The notes under the pieces: model-generated
Seen by the model: only the letters and a program-made list of their open reading frames with translations
The model's database searches: none
Told to the model about the DNA's origin: nothing
Assembly (NCBI GenBank): GCA_963704755.1
Contig: OY969938.1
Span: forward strand, 1,470,001 to 1,502,000
Direction: 5' to 3'
From: an uncultured Chloroflexia bacterium
GTDB lineage: Bacteria > Chloroflexota > Anaerolineae > Anaerolineales > Anaerolineaceae
Length of the DNA stretch: 32,000 nt
Position numbers and translations under genes: made by a program
Shown here: positions 17,735 through 25,275 of the stretch, piece after piece
How positions within the stretch are numbered: position 1 is the first letter of the stretch
How the letters are laid out: each line of letters begins with the position of its first letter

Positions 17735-17911
17735 GCCACGGATGAACACTGATGGACCCAGATTTTTTGTTTGTTATATTGGTGGGCAAAGCCCACCAAT
17801 ATAACAAACAAAAAAATACCCGATGGAAATTCGAACCTTGTTGTTTTTTGGGCGCTTCGCGCCCAAAAAACAACAAGGAATTATCTGTGTCTATCTGTGT
17901 TCATCCGTGGC
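17735..17911. repeat. Nested hairpin complex: a 15-bp outer inverted repeat enclosing two long perfect hairpins
   Basis: Outer repeat: GCCACGGATGAACAC (17735-17749) and GTGTTCATCCGTGGC (17897-17911). Inner hairpins: 17763-17815 (25-bp stem, loop AAA) and 17836-17878 (19-bp stem, loop CTTCG). Confidence 0.8.
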
Positions 17912-19141
17912 TATTCAGCAAGCTGATGCTCTCGATGTGGTAGGTCTGCGGGAATAAGTCGAACGGGGTGACTTTATCCAATGAATAGCCGCCGGCCATC
18001 AGGCGCTTGAGATCGCGCGCCAGGGTGGATGGGTCGCAGGACACGTAGGCGATTGTTTTGGGCTGGATGGCCAGCAGCGCATCGATCACCCGCCGGTCCA
18101 GGCCGGCCCGGGGCGGATCCAGCAGCACCACGTCCGCCGGCACGTCCAACTGCGGCAGCACTTCCTCGACCGGGCCGAGGTAAAACTCCACGTTATCGAA
18201 CTCGTCCAGGTTGGCGGTGTAGTCCTCACAGGCCGACTCAGAAACCTCCACCCCCACACAGCGGCCCACCAGCGGCGCCAGGAAGGCCGAGAACAGGCCC
18301 ACGCCACAATACAGGTCCAGCAGGGTCGTGTGTGGATTAAGCGGCAGGCTGGCCAGCAGGGCCTGCACCATCGCCTCCGCCTGGAGCGTATTGACCTGGA
18401 AGAACGACCCGGCGGACACTTTAAAGGGCCGCCCGGCGACCTCCATCACCAGGTAATCGTCCCCGGCCAGGATGATCTGGCCGGCCGGGCTGCTGTGCAC
18501 CGCCGAGAGCGGAATGTCCACGCTGAACTCGGGCGCGACCGGGTCTTCGCTTTCGAGCACCATCAACAGCTCGTCGCCGCTGCCTGCTCGCAGCTCTACC
18601 CGCTGGCTAAATTCGGCCGGATCGAAATCCAGTTGCGGCCACAGTTCTCCCAGGGGCGCTTCTGGTAAGAAACACTCCTGGATGGGCACGACCCGGTGCG
18701 ATCCCCGGCCTGGTAGCCGATCTTCCCCTGCGGATCGAGATGAAACTGGACCGTGTTGCGGTAATTCCAGGGCTGAGGCGAAGGCACTACCGGCTCGACC
18801 TCGGGTTCCGCCACCCCGGCGATCCGCCGGAGCTGGTCGATCACAATCTCGCGCTTGGCCGCCAGTTGAGCCGGGTAGTCCATATGCTGGTAATGGCAGC
18901 CGCCGCAGACACCGAAATGCCGGCAGCGCGGCAGGACCCGCTCAGGAGCCGCTACAACGGTCTCCAGCAGCCTTCCACGGGCATAGTTGCGCTTATCCTC
19001 TATAATTTCCACCCGGACAGTCTCTCCGGGCAGGCTGAAGGGCACAAAAATCGCCCGGCCATCCGCCAGGCGTCCCATGCACTCACCCCCATACGTTAGT
19101 GTCGTTAGTTTGACCGTTTCGGTCTTAATCTGATTTTCCAT
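17901..19141 (-). pseudogene. rlmD: 23S rRNA (uracil-C5)-methyltransferase, RlmD/RumA family, split by a 1-nt frame shift in a homopolymer run
   Basis: The N-terminal ORF (18596-19141) carries a TRAM domain and the CRHFGVCGGCHYQH Fe-S motif. The C-terminal ORF (17901-18689) carries the SAM-MTase domain (LDLYCGVGLFS). Reading ...GKIGYQAG then shifting one base gives GSHRVVPIQECFLPE, the canonical family junction. The shift lies in the C4 run at 18703-18706. Confidence 0.8.
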
Positions 19142-19228
19142 AGGGCAATATGCCTGGATTATATCAGCTTCTCTGCCAGGTAGAGTTTATGCCGGACCAG
19201 GACCGTCAGGCTTTCTCTAGATATTTTG

Positions 19229-19329
19229 GTCACTGCTCGGGCCGGTTCGTAAATTAGGAGGGTTTTATTGTTTTTCGCGGGCGAAAAACAATAAAACCCT
19301 CCTCTCTTTTGCAGTAGCTGCATCGTTGC
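19229..19329 (+). mobile_element. Diverged 101-bp member of the hairpin-core MITE family (copy E4)
   Basis: GTCACTGCTCGGGCC...[22-bp perfect stem GGAGGGTTTTATTGTTTTTCG]...TTGCAGTAGCTGCATCGTTGC. The flanking 8-mers are ATATTTTG and GTATTTTG (7/8). Confidence 0.75.
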
Positions 19330-19411
19330 GTATTTTGTTAAGGGAAGCGAAGATAACCATTCCCCTGGGACGGCATAATTGAGACCAATCTACACCGGCA
19401 CTCCCGGTGTC

Positions 19412-19849
19412 TCAAATCATATGCACCCAGATGTAATCTTCCAGGCTTTGAATGGTCGAATCCTTTTCCAGAATGAGCTGCCGGACCACGTCGCCAATGG
19501 AAATGACGCCCAGCATCCGGTTGCTGGTATCCAACACCGGCAGGTGGCGGATGCGGCGGGAGGTCATCAGGGACATACACGCCTCGACTGACTGGTCTGG
19601 AGTGACGTAGTACACCCCGGTCACCATCAGCTCGCCAACCTGGGAGTCCAGGTTGACCGAGGCCAGCAGCGCTTTGCGGGCGAAATCCCGCTCACTAAAG
19701 ATGCCCACAATCTTGCCTGCTTCCACCACCAGCACGGCCCCAATTTTTTGTTCGGCCATCAACTTGAGCGCGTCGCGCACGCTGGAAGTAGGGGTGACGT
19801 ACCATACCTGGGTGATTTTATCCCGCAGCAGATCTTTAACGGTGGCCAT
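19412..19849 (-). CDS. Stand-alone CBS-pair domain protein
   Basis: 145 aa with two CBS motifs (IGAVLVVEAGKIVGIFSERD and RHLPVLDTSNRMLGVISIGDV). Confidence 0.9.
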   Translation of the reverse strand: MATVKDLLRDKITQVWYVTPTSSVRDALKLMAEQKIGAVLVVEAGKIVGIFSERDFARKALLASVNLDSQVGELMVTGVYYVTPDQSVEACMSLMTSRRIRHLPVLDTSNRMLGVISIGDVVRQLILEKDSTIQSLEDYIWVHMI

Positions 19850-19883
19850 TTAATCGTTCCCTTCCTTCTCCGCGGCGTGAAAT

Positions 19884-20336
19884 TTATCCGCTGTACTCAC
19901 GACCTTGAATGTAGTTTTCCAGGTGCTGGATGGTCGTCTCTTTCTCGACCATCAATTGCTTGACCACATCGCCGATGCTGACCAGGCCTACCAGGCGGGT
20001 TTCGTCTTCCAGGACCGGCAGGTGGCGGATATGTTTTGCCGTCATCAATGCCATGCACTCTTCTACCGTTTGCTGGGGACTGACGAAATAAACCGAATGG
20101 GTCATGTATTTGCCCACCGGCTCGTCCAGCAGCAAAGCATTGGCCGTTACTGCGTGGCGGGCGTAGTCCCGCTCCGAATAGATGCCGACAATCCGGTTAT
20201 CTTCCATAACCAATACTGCACCAATATTCTTGTCGGCCATCAACTGCAACACCTGTCTGACCGTGACCGTTGCAGCGACCGTCCAAACTGCATTTCCTTT
20301 CGCATCGAGCAAGTTCTTAACGTTAGCCATCCTCAA
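19884..20336 (-). CDS. Stand-alone CBS-pair domain protein (paralogue of the downstream gene)
   Basis: 150 aa, clearly homologous to 19412-19849 (IGAVLVMEDNRIVGIYSERD and RHLPVLEDETRLVGLVSIGDV). A GGAG SD is present. Confidence 0.9.
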   Translation of the reverse strand: MRMANVKNLLDAKGNAVWTVAATVTVRQVLQLMADKNIGAVLVMEDNRIVGIYSERDYARHAVTANALLLDEPVGKYMTHSVYFVSPQQTVEECMALMTAKHIRHLPVLEDETRLVGLVSIGDVVKQLMVEKETTIQHLENYIQGREYSG

Positions 20337-20420
20337 CTCCTTTCCAAGATCCAGGTTTTAAACGACAAATCCTGATTCCTCCGGAGAGGTTCAGAAGGGC
20401 AAATCCGAAACGGATTAATT

Positions 20421-20479
20421 GTAACGTCCCAGCCTGGCGGGAAAGAACCCCGAATTCCCATACAAGCCCGAGCAGTTAC
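20421..20479 (+). mobile_element. 59-bp MITE-like element (short form)
   Basis: GTAACGTCCCAGCC-TGGCG-GGAAAGAACCCCGAATTC-CCATACAA-GCCCGAGCAGTTAC. It is flanked on both sides by ATTAATT (20414-20420 and 20480-20486). Confidence 0.75.
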
Positions 20480-20608
20480 ATTAATTTAATGATTATCCTC
20501 GAACAAGGCCGGTTGTCAAGTTGAAGTCAGCGAACGAAGGGGTGAAATTGGAGTCACCCGGGGAAAAAGAGAATAGTAATTAGTTGATTAGTGATTAGTA
20601 AAGTGGAA

Positions 20609-20720
20609 GTAACCACTCAGCTACTACAAAGGATTCGGGTGTTTTTATTATTTTTTGCGCGCTTCGCGCGCAAAAAATAATAAAAACACCCTCACCTTGC
20701 GCACTTACCTGAGCAGTTAC
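20609..20720 (-). mobile_element. 112-bp MITE with a hairpin core (copy E3, inverted relative to E1 and E2)
   Basis: The arms are the reverse complement of the E1/E2 arms. The flanking 8-mers are AAGTGGAA and AAGAGGAA (7/8). The apex loop is still CTTCG on the + strand. Confidence 0.9.
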
Positions 20721-20724
20721 AAGA

Positions 20725-20758
20725 GGAAAACAAAAACCCGGTAGGAATTGCCGGGTTT
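20725..20758 (-). terminator. Rho-independent terminator closing the tRNA-Ser transcription unit
   Basis: The minus strand reads AAACCCGG-CAATTCCTA-CCGGGTTT followed by TTGTTTTCC. Confidence 0.65.
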
Positions 20759-20760
20759 CC

Positions 20761-20809
20761 TGGCGGAGAGGGTGGGACAGGGTACTTCAATGGTATTCAA
20801 ACCCACCTT
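20761..20809 (-). repeat. tRNA-Ser 3'-end-derived unit A
   Basis: The first 17 nt (TGGCGGAGAGGGTGGGA) are identical to the 3' end of the tRNA-Ser gene, including CCA. Then follow CAGGGTACTTCAATGGTA and TTCAAACCCACC, a T-arm-like stem split by an 18-nt insert. Confidence 0.85.
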
Positions 20810-20841
20810 GAATATCTTTTCCACCAGTTTTTGTTCGTTTC

Positions 20842-20890
20842 TGGCGGAGAGGGTGGGACAGGGTACCTCGATGGTATTCAAACCCACCTT
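20842..20890 (-). repeat. tRNA-Ser 3'-end-derived unit B
   Basis: It matches unit A at 47 of 49 positions and lies 16 nt from the tRNA-Ser 3' end. Confidence 0.85.
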
Positions 20891-20904
20891 CTTGATAATA
20901 TTTT

Positions 20905-20996
<92 letters not shown>

Positions 20997-21025
20997 AATC
21001 ACTCCAGGGGCCACTCTTTACCCGG

Positions 21026-21045
21026 AGCGCAAGGATTATACCATA
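21026..21045 (-). promoter_or_regulatory. Candidate extended -10 promoter (TGGTATAAT) for tRNA-Ser
   Basis: The minus strand reads TTTTATGGTATAATCC, with TATAAT at 21035-21040, about 38 nt upstream of the tRNA 5' end. There is no good -35 hexamer. Confidence 0.4.
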
Positions 21046-21293
21046 AAAGGATCTGGATGAGCCCTTTTTAGCGGGGCCTGGATGGAGAGGAAAACCACAA
21101 AATGTAGGGTGTCATTGAAGGCTGTTATTCATTAAATTGGCAAATCCTAAACCGGCCTTCCTCTTCCAAACGTGTCCTCAACGCGCCAAAATACGCCCAT
21201 CCGGCCTTCGGGCCGAATCTACTTTCAATATTGGTATAAAAACCCGGCTTTGAAAGCCGCTCAACAACATTATGTCCCAGACGTTTCATTTCC

Positions 21294-21322
21294 TTGCCAA
21301 TTTGGCACCCTTCAAGTATAAT
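21294..21322 (+). promoter_or_regulatory. Sigma70-type promoter TTGCCA-17 nt-TATAAT for tRNA-Val
   Basis: Hexamers lie at 21294-21299 and 21317-21322. The tRNA starts 13 nt after the -10 hexamer. Confidence 0.7.
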
Positions 21323-21334
21323 TTCGATCACTTC

Positions 21335-21409
21335 GGGCGGTTAGCTCAGTTGGTTAGAGCGTTGCGTTGACATCGCAGAGGCCGTAGGTTCGAAGTCCTA
21401 TACCGCCCA
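21335..21409 (+). tRNA. tRNA-Val (anticodon GAC), CCA not encoded
   Basis: GGGCGGTTAGCTCAGTTGGTTAGAGCGTTGCGTTGACATCGCAGAGGCCGTAGGTTCGAAGTCCTATACCGCCCA. The acceptor stem is GGGCGGT/ACCGCCC and the anticodon loop is TTGACAT. As I read it, the T-loop has 8 nt (TTCGAAGT). Confidence 0.85.
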
Positions 21410-21412
21410 CAA

Positions 21413-21441
21413 GCCGCAGATGATTCTGCGGCTCTTTTTTT
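21413..21441 (+). terminator. Rho-independent terminator after tRNA-Val
   Basis: GCCGCAGA-TGAT-TCTGCGGC followed by TCTTTTTTT. Confidence 0.8.
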
Positions 21442-21476
21442 GTCAGAGGGCGTTGAAAAACACCCTGAATTTTAGG

Positions 21477-21531
21477 ATATTGGGTATATGGGGTGGGGCG
21501 GCTTCGTCGCCCCACCCCATATACCCAATAT
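21477..21531. repeat. 25-bp hairpin with a CTTCG apex
   Basis: ATATTGGGTATATGGGGTGGGGCGG-CTTCG-TCGCCCCACCCCATATACCCAATAT, followed by TTTTT on the + strand. Confidence 0.7.
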
Positions 21532-21545
21532 TTTTTATCTTCCTC

Positions 21546-21574
21546 TTGAAAACAGCGCCAGAAAATACTATAAT
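21546..21574 (+). promoter_or_regulatory. Sigma70-type promoter TTGAAA-17 nt-TATAAT for the thrS leader
   Basis: Hexamers lie at 21546-21551 and 21569-21574. Confidence 0.65.
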
Positions 21575-21579
21575 CCGTT

Positions 21580-21831
21580 CATCAAACGCATTGACCAGGA
21601 CGAGTAACTGGAAAGAAACTGCCAGCGAATGGGGATCACCGGGTGCAAGTCCCCTCCAGTAGAATTCCAGCCAAAACCCCCTGCGAGCGGTGTCCGGAAC
21701 GGGGTGAGAGCCCTCAGTATGGCCAACGGGTGGTCCCGTTAGCGACCGCCACAAGATAGCCACTATTCAGCGGCTAACCTGGGTGGAACCGCGAGCTTAA
21801 CGCTTGCCCCAGCATGGGCAGGCGTTTTTTT
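21580..21831 (+). promoter_or_regulatory. T-box riboswitch leader (Thr specifier) controlling thrS
   Basis: Stem I has an AGCGA bulge (AGVGA box), a GGTGCAA distal loop (GGUGNRA) and an AGTA box. The F-box CCCGTTA lies at about 21735. The T-box sequence AACCTGGGTGGAACCGCG lies at 21776-21793. The terminator ACGCTTGCCC-CAGCAT-GGGCAGGCGT plus T7 lies at 21799-21831. Candidate specifiers are ACC (21676-21678) and ACT (21618-20); both are Thr codons. Confidence 0.85.
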
Positions 21832-21903
21832 ATTTAATTTTGCAAAGTACAAAGGCTTGCAGGTCCTGGGTACATCTTTTGCCAGAAATAGAACGAGGTC
21901 AAA

Positions 21904-23694
21904 ATGTCCGCAAATAACCCATCCCAACCCTACCAAGAGACCCAACTGTATCGCATCCGCCACTCCAGCGCCCACATCATGGCTCAGGCGGTGCTCGAAC
22001 TCTTCCCCGAGGCCAGGCTGGCCATCGGTCCGGCGATCGAGGACGGCTTCTACTACGATTTCGACCTGCCCCGCCCCCTGACTCCCGAAGACCTGGAAGA
22101 GATCGAAGCGCGCATGCGCCGGATCATCCAGGGCGATTATCCTTTCTACAAAGAAGTGGTCTCGGCCCAGGAAGCCCGCCAGATCTTTGCCGGCCAACCC
22201 TATAAACTGGAGCTGATCGACGATCTCGCCGCCGGCCCCAAAGAAGGCGAAGACCCGGCCCGGCCGCTGCCGGAAATCTCTATCTACACGCAAGATAAAT
22301 TTGCCGACCTGTGCCGCGGGCCGCACGTCGAGCGGACCGGCCAGATCGATCCGCTCGCGATCAAGCTGATCAACGTGGCCGGGGCATACTGGCGCGGCGA
22401 CGAAAACCGGCCCATGCTCCAGCGTATCTACGGCACCGCCTGGGAGAATCCGGAAGAACTGAAGAACTACCTCTGGAGGCTGGAGGAGGCAAAAAAACGC
22501 GATCATCGCAAATTGGGCCGCGACCTGGACCTGTTTTCCATCAACCCCGACGTCGGCCCCGGGCTGGTGCTCTGGCACCCTAACGGCGCCATGGTACGCC
22601 ACCTGGTCGAGACCTACTGCAAGGAAGAGCACATTCGCAACGGCTACAGCCTGGTCTATTCCCCGCACATCGGCCGGGCCCATCTCTGGGAGACCTCCGG
22701 CCACCTGCACTGGTACCAGGAAAACATGTACGCAGCCATGCAGATCGACGACGAGGCCTACTACGCCAAGCCGATGAACTGCCCCTTCCACATCGAAATC
22801 TACAAGAGCAAAACCCGCTCTTACCGCGACCTGCCCATCCGCATGGCCGAATGGGGCACGGTTTACCGCTACGAGCGTTCGGGGGTGCTGCACGGGTTGA
22901 TGCGCGTGCGCGGTTTTACCCAGGACGACGCCCACATCTTTTGCCGGCCCGACCAGATGCCGGGCGAGATCGACCGGGCGCTGAACTTCTGCCTGCATAT
23001 CCTGCGCCACTTCGGCATCAACGAATTTCACGCCTTCCTGTCCACTCGTAACCCTCAGAAATTCACCGGCGACCTCGAAGATTGGCAGCAGTCCACCGAG
23101 GCGCTGCGCCAGGCGCTCGAACGCGCCGGCCTGCCCTTCGACCTGGACGAAGGCGGGGCGGCCTTCTATGGGCCCAAAATCGACCTGAAGATGGTGGATG
23201 CCATCGGCCGGGAATGGCAGCTCAGTACCATCCAGTTCGACTTCACCCTCTCGGAGCGTTTCGCGCTCGAATATATCGGCGAGGACGGCCAGCCGCACCG
23301 GCCGTATATGGTCCACCGCGCCTTGTTGGGATCGATGGAACGCTTCATGGGTGTGTTGATCGAGCATTACGGCGGAGCCTTTCCCGTCTGGCTGGCGCCG
23401 GTCCAGGCCGTGGTCATCCCCATCGCCGACCGGCACGCCCCCGAAGCCCAACGGGTAGCTCATATCCTGGAGGAAAACCGCCTGCGGGTCGAACTGGACG
23501 AACGCGGAGACCGTATGCAGGCCAAAATCCGCGACGCTCAGAACCGCAAGATTCCATACATGCTGGTGATCGGCGACAAAGAGGTGCAGAGCGGCCAGGT
23601 GTCTTTACGCTTACGCTCCGGTGAAAACCCCGGCGCCGTTTCGCTGGACGATTTCCTCCAGCGCGCCCAGGCCGACATCAAGGACGCGGCCTAA
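21904..23694 (+). CDS. thrS: Threonine--tRNA ligase (short form lacking the N-terminal TGS domain)
   Basis: 596 aa. It starts at the editing domain (RIRHSSAHIMAQAV...GFYYDFD). The class II core follows (CRGPHV..., YRYERSG, GFTQDDAHIF) and then an anticodon-binding domain. A GAGG SD is present. Confidence 0.97.
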   Translation: MSANNPSQPYQETQLYRIRHSSAHIMAQAVLELFPEARLAIGPAIEDGFYYDFDLPRPLTPEDLEEIEARMRRIIQGDYPFYKEVVSAQEARQIFAGQPYKLELIDDLAAGPKEGEDPARPLPEISIYTQDKFADLCRGPHVERTGQIDPLAIKLINVAGAYWRGDENRPMLQRIYGTAWENPEELKNYLWRLEEAKKRDHRKLGRDLDLFSINPDVGPGLVLWHPNGAMVRHLVETYCKEEHIRNGYSLVYSPHIGRAHLWETSGHLHWYQENMYAAMQIDDEAYYAKPMNCPFHIEIYKSKTRSYRDLPIRMAEWGTVYRYERSGVLHGLMRVRGFTQDDAHIFCRPDQMPGEIDRALNFCLHILRHFGINEFHAFLSTRNPQKFTGDLEDWQQSTEALRQALERAGLPFDLDEGGAAFYGPKIDLKMVDAIGREWQLSTIQFDFTLSERFALEYIGEDGQPHRPYMVHRALLGSMERFMGVLIEHYGGAFPVWLAPVQAVVIPIADRHAPEAQRVAHILEENRLRVELDERGDRMQAKIRDAQNRKIPYMLVIGDKEVQSGQVSLRLRSGENPGAVSLDDFLQRAQADIKDAA

Positions 23695-23742
23695 TGGAGC
23701 ACTTCTCAAGCAAATAGCAAAGAATAAAAAAGAGGTAATTTA

Positions 23743-23791
23743 AGTGTGGTTTCATTCGTGGCGGAGTAGCTGCCACGAATGAAACCACACT
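23743..23791. terminator. 20-bp perfect hairpin between convergent thrS and the M23 peptidase gene
   Basis: AGTGTGGTTTCATTCGTGGC-GGAGTAGCT-GCCACGAATGAAACCACACT. A T-rich tract follows on the minus strand. Confidence 0.55.
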
Positions 23792-23826
23792 CAAAAATTC
23801 TTGTCCTGAACTGGCGTTATTTGCTT

Positions 23827-25041
23827 TTATGCCGGCGGCAGGTACAACAGCGGATCAACCTTGCCGTAGGTATCGCTGCGCATTTCGAAGTGCAGGTGCG
23901 GGCCGGTGGTATTGCCGGTGAGCCCCATCAAGGCAACCTGGTCGCCTTGATAGACGCTTTGGCCGCATTGGGCATAGATCGTTTCCAGGTGGGCATAATA
24001 GGTTTGCCAGCCGTTGCCGTGGTCGATCACCAGCAGGTTGCCGTAGCCATAGTCATTCCATCCGGAATAGACCACCACACCGCTGTCAGAGGCATAGATC
24101 GCCATACCCACCGCACCGCCAATATCGATGCCAAAGTGGTTGATCTCCGGCTGGTAATGGTACCCGGAAATATAATGGCTGGGGGTTGGCCAAACAAACG
24201 ATCCGGTGCCATACGCGCCATCGTAAATTTCGCCGCAATAGCCCGGTCCCAGGGTCTTGGCCGAAGCCGGGTCCTGGCGGGTGATCTGCGGCATCGTCCA
24301 ACTGGTAAAGTTGCCCGTCCCACCCGGCACGAACAACTGCGTGCCCGGCTCGATGTTGGGGTGGCTGTAATCGCCCACCGTATTCTTGTCCAGGTGATTC
24401 CCCGGCCAATCGACGATGTCGTCTGGGCTGACGTTGTAATACTCGGCTACCGCGTTCAGGCCATCGCCTTCATGCCAGGTGTATAAGACGCCATCGGTTG
24501 GAAGGATGTTCAACACCTGGCCGGGTTTCAGCCAGTGCGGATCCGGCAAAGTGTCCGGGTTGCCCCATAACAGCGTTTGCGGCAATAAGTCGAACCGGTC
24601 TGCAATTGTGAACAGCGTATCGCCATCCTGGACGGTGTATTGGGTGATATCGAAACGCGGCCGCGAAGGCAGCGTGGTATGCAGCAGGGCCTGGCGGGTG
24701 ATACCCGATACCATTTTGACCGGGTCGGGCGTCAGCAAAGGCGGGTTCGCGATTTCTGCCGTCGCCGTCGGTTGGCCGGCTTCTGCAATGGCAGATTGCG
24801 GCTGGACAACCTTCCCTTTGAGGTAGAAATTGCTCAGCACCCAAATGACCATCAATACCAGTGCAATCGAGGCGAGCGCTGTTCCCGCCCGTACGGCTGC
24901 TTCTCCCAGCCCAATGCGGACCAGGCCTTCCCATAAATCAGCCAGGCTGCGGCTGTTCTTCTTCTTTGATATTGTCAATGGTTCGTCTAGTTTTTGATCA
25001 TCGGAAAAATCAGGAATATCCAATTCAGGGTCATCAACCAT
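23827..25041 (-). CDS. LysM-domain M23 family metallopeptidase, membrane-anchored
   Basis: One TM helix. LysM domain: YTVQDGDTLFTIADRFDL...LKPGQVLNI. M23 core: HFGIDIGG...GNLLVIDHGNGWQTYYAHL...GNTTGPHLHFEMR. Confidence 0.93.
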   Translation of the reverse strand: MVDDPELDIPDFSDDQKLDEPLTISKKKNSRSLADLWEGLVRIGLGEAAVRAGTALASIALVLMVIWVLSNFYLKGKVVQPQSAIAEAGQPTATAEIANPPLLTPDPVKMVSGITRQALLHTTLPSRPRFDITQYTVQDGDTLFTIADRFDLLPQTLLWGNPDTLPDPHWLKPGQVLNILPTDGVLYTWHEGDGLNAVAEYYNVSPDDIVDWPGNHLDKNTVGDYSHPNIEPGTQLFVPGGTGNFTSWTMPQITRQDPASAKTLGPGYCGEIYDGAYGTGSFVWPTPSHYISGYHYQPEINHFGIDIGGAVGMAIYASDSGVVVYSGWNDYGYGNLLVIDHGNGWQTYYAHLETIYAQCGQSVYQGDQVALMGLTGNTTGPHLHFEMRSDTYGKVDPLLYLPPA

Positions 25042-25275
25042 GTTTTTCTATTCCTTTTGTTGGGTCAATATAACATAACCATTTTGGATGGTCAAGCTAC
25101 GTTAAACCTACGCAATTCACTTTAAACAGCAATTTTTTGATGGCCAACCCAAAAAACCGGGCTGACCCCCGGCGGCTGTGATGAAACTGGAATGAATTTT
25201 AAAATCGAATGGGGAAACTGTACAACCTATGGGTATGAAACCCGAACTTGAAGGGCTCCGCTGTGCGTACGAAGG

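Noticed and set aside
8299-20720. The repeated palindromic elements might be a CRISPR array or degenerate CRISPR repeats.
   Set aside because: The copies are dispersed kilobases apart and lie in both orientations. Each is 112 bp with its own target-site duplication. There is no regular repeat-spacer periodicity and there are no cas genes.
21125-21331. A 68-aa minus-strand ORF between the two tRNA genes. It also contains CCCGGCTTTGAAAGCCG, similar to the hairpin at 861-879, and a CGGCC-TTCG-GGCCG hairpin.
   Set aside because: Its GTG start lies inside the tRNA-Val promoter and leader, there is no SD, and I recognise no homology. The similarity to the 590-900 region is weak and may be chance. 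The region is more likely non-coding repeat or hairpin sequence, but I cannot prove this.
21763-23463. A 566-aa ORF antisense to thrS, the longest unexplained ORF in the track.
   Set aside because: It lies exactly opposite a textbook ThrRS, and its 3' end overlaps the T-box leader. Its composition is Gly/Val/Asp/Arg-rich and stop codons are scarce because of the high-GC antisense frame. It has no motifs or SD.
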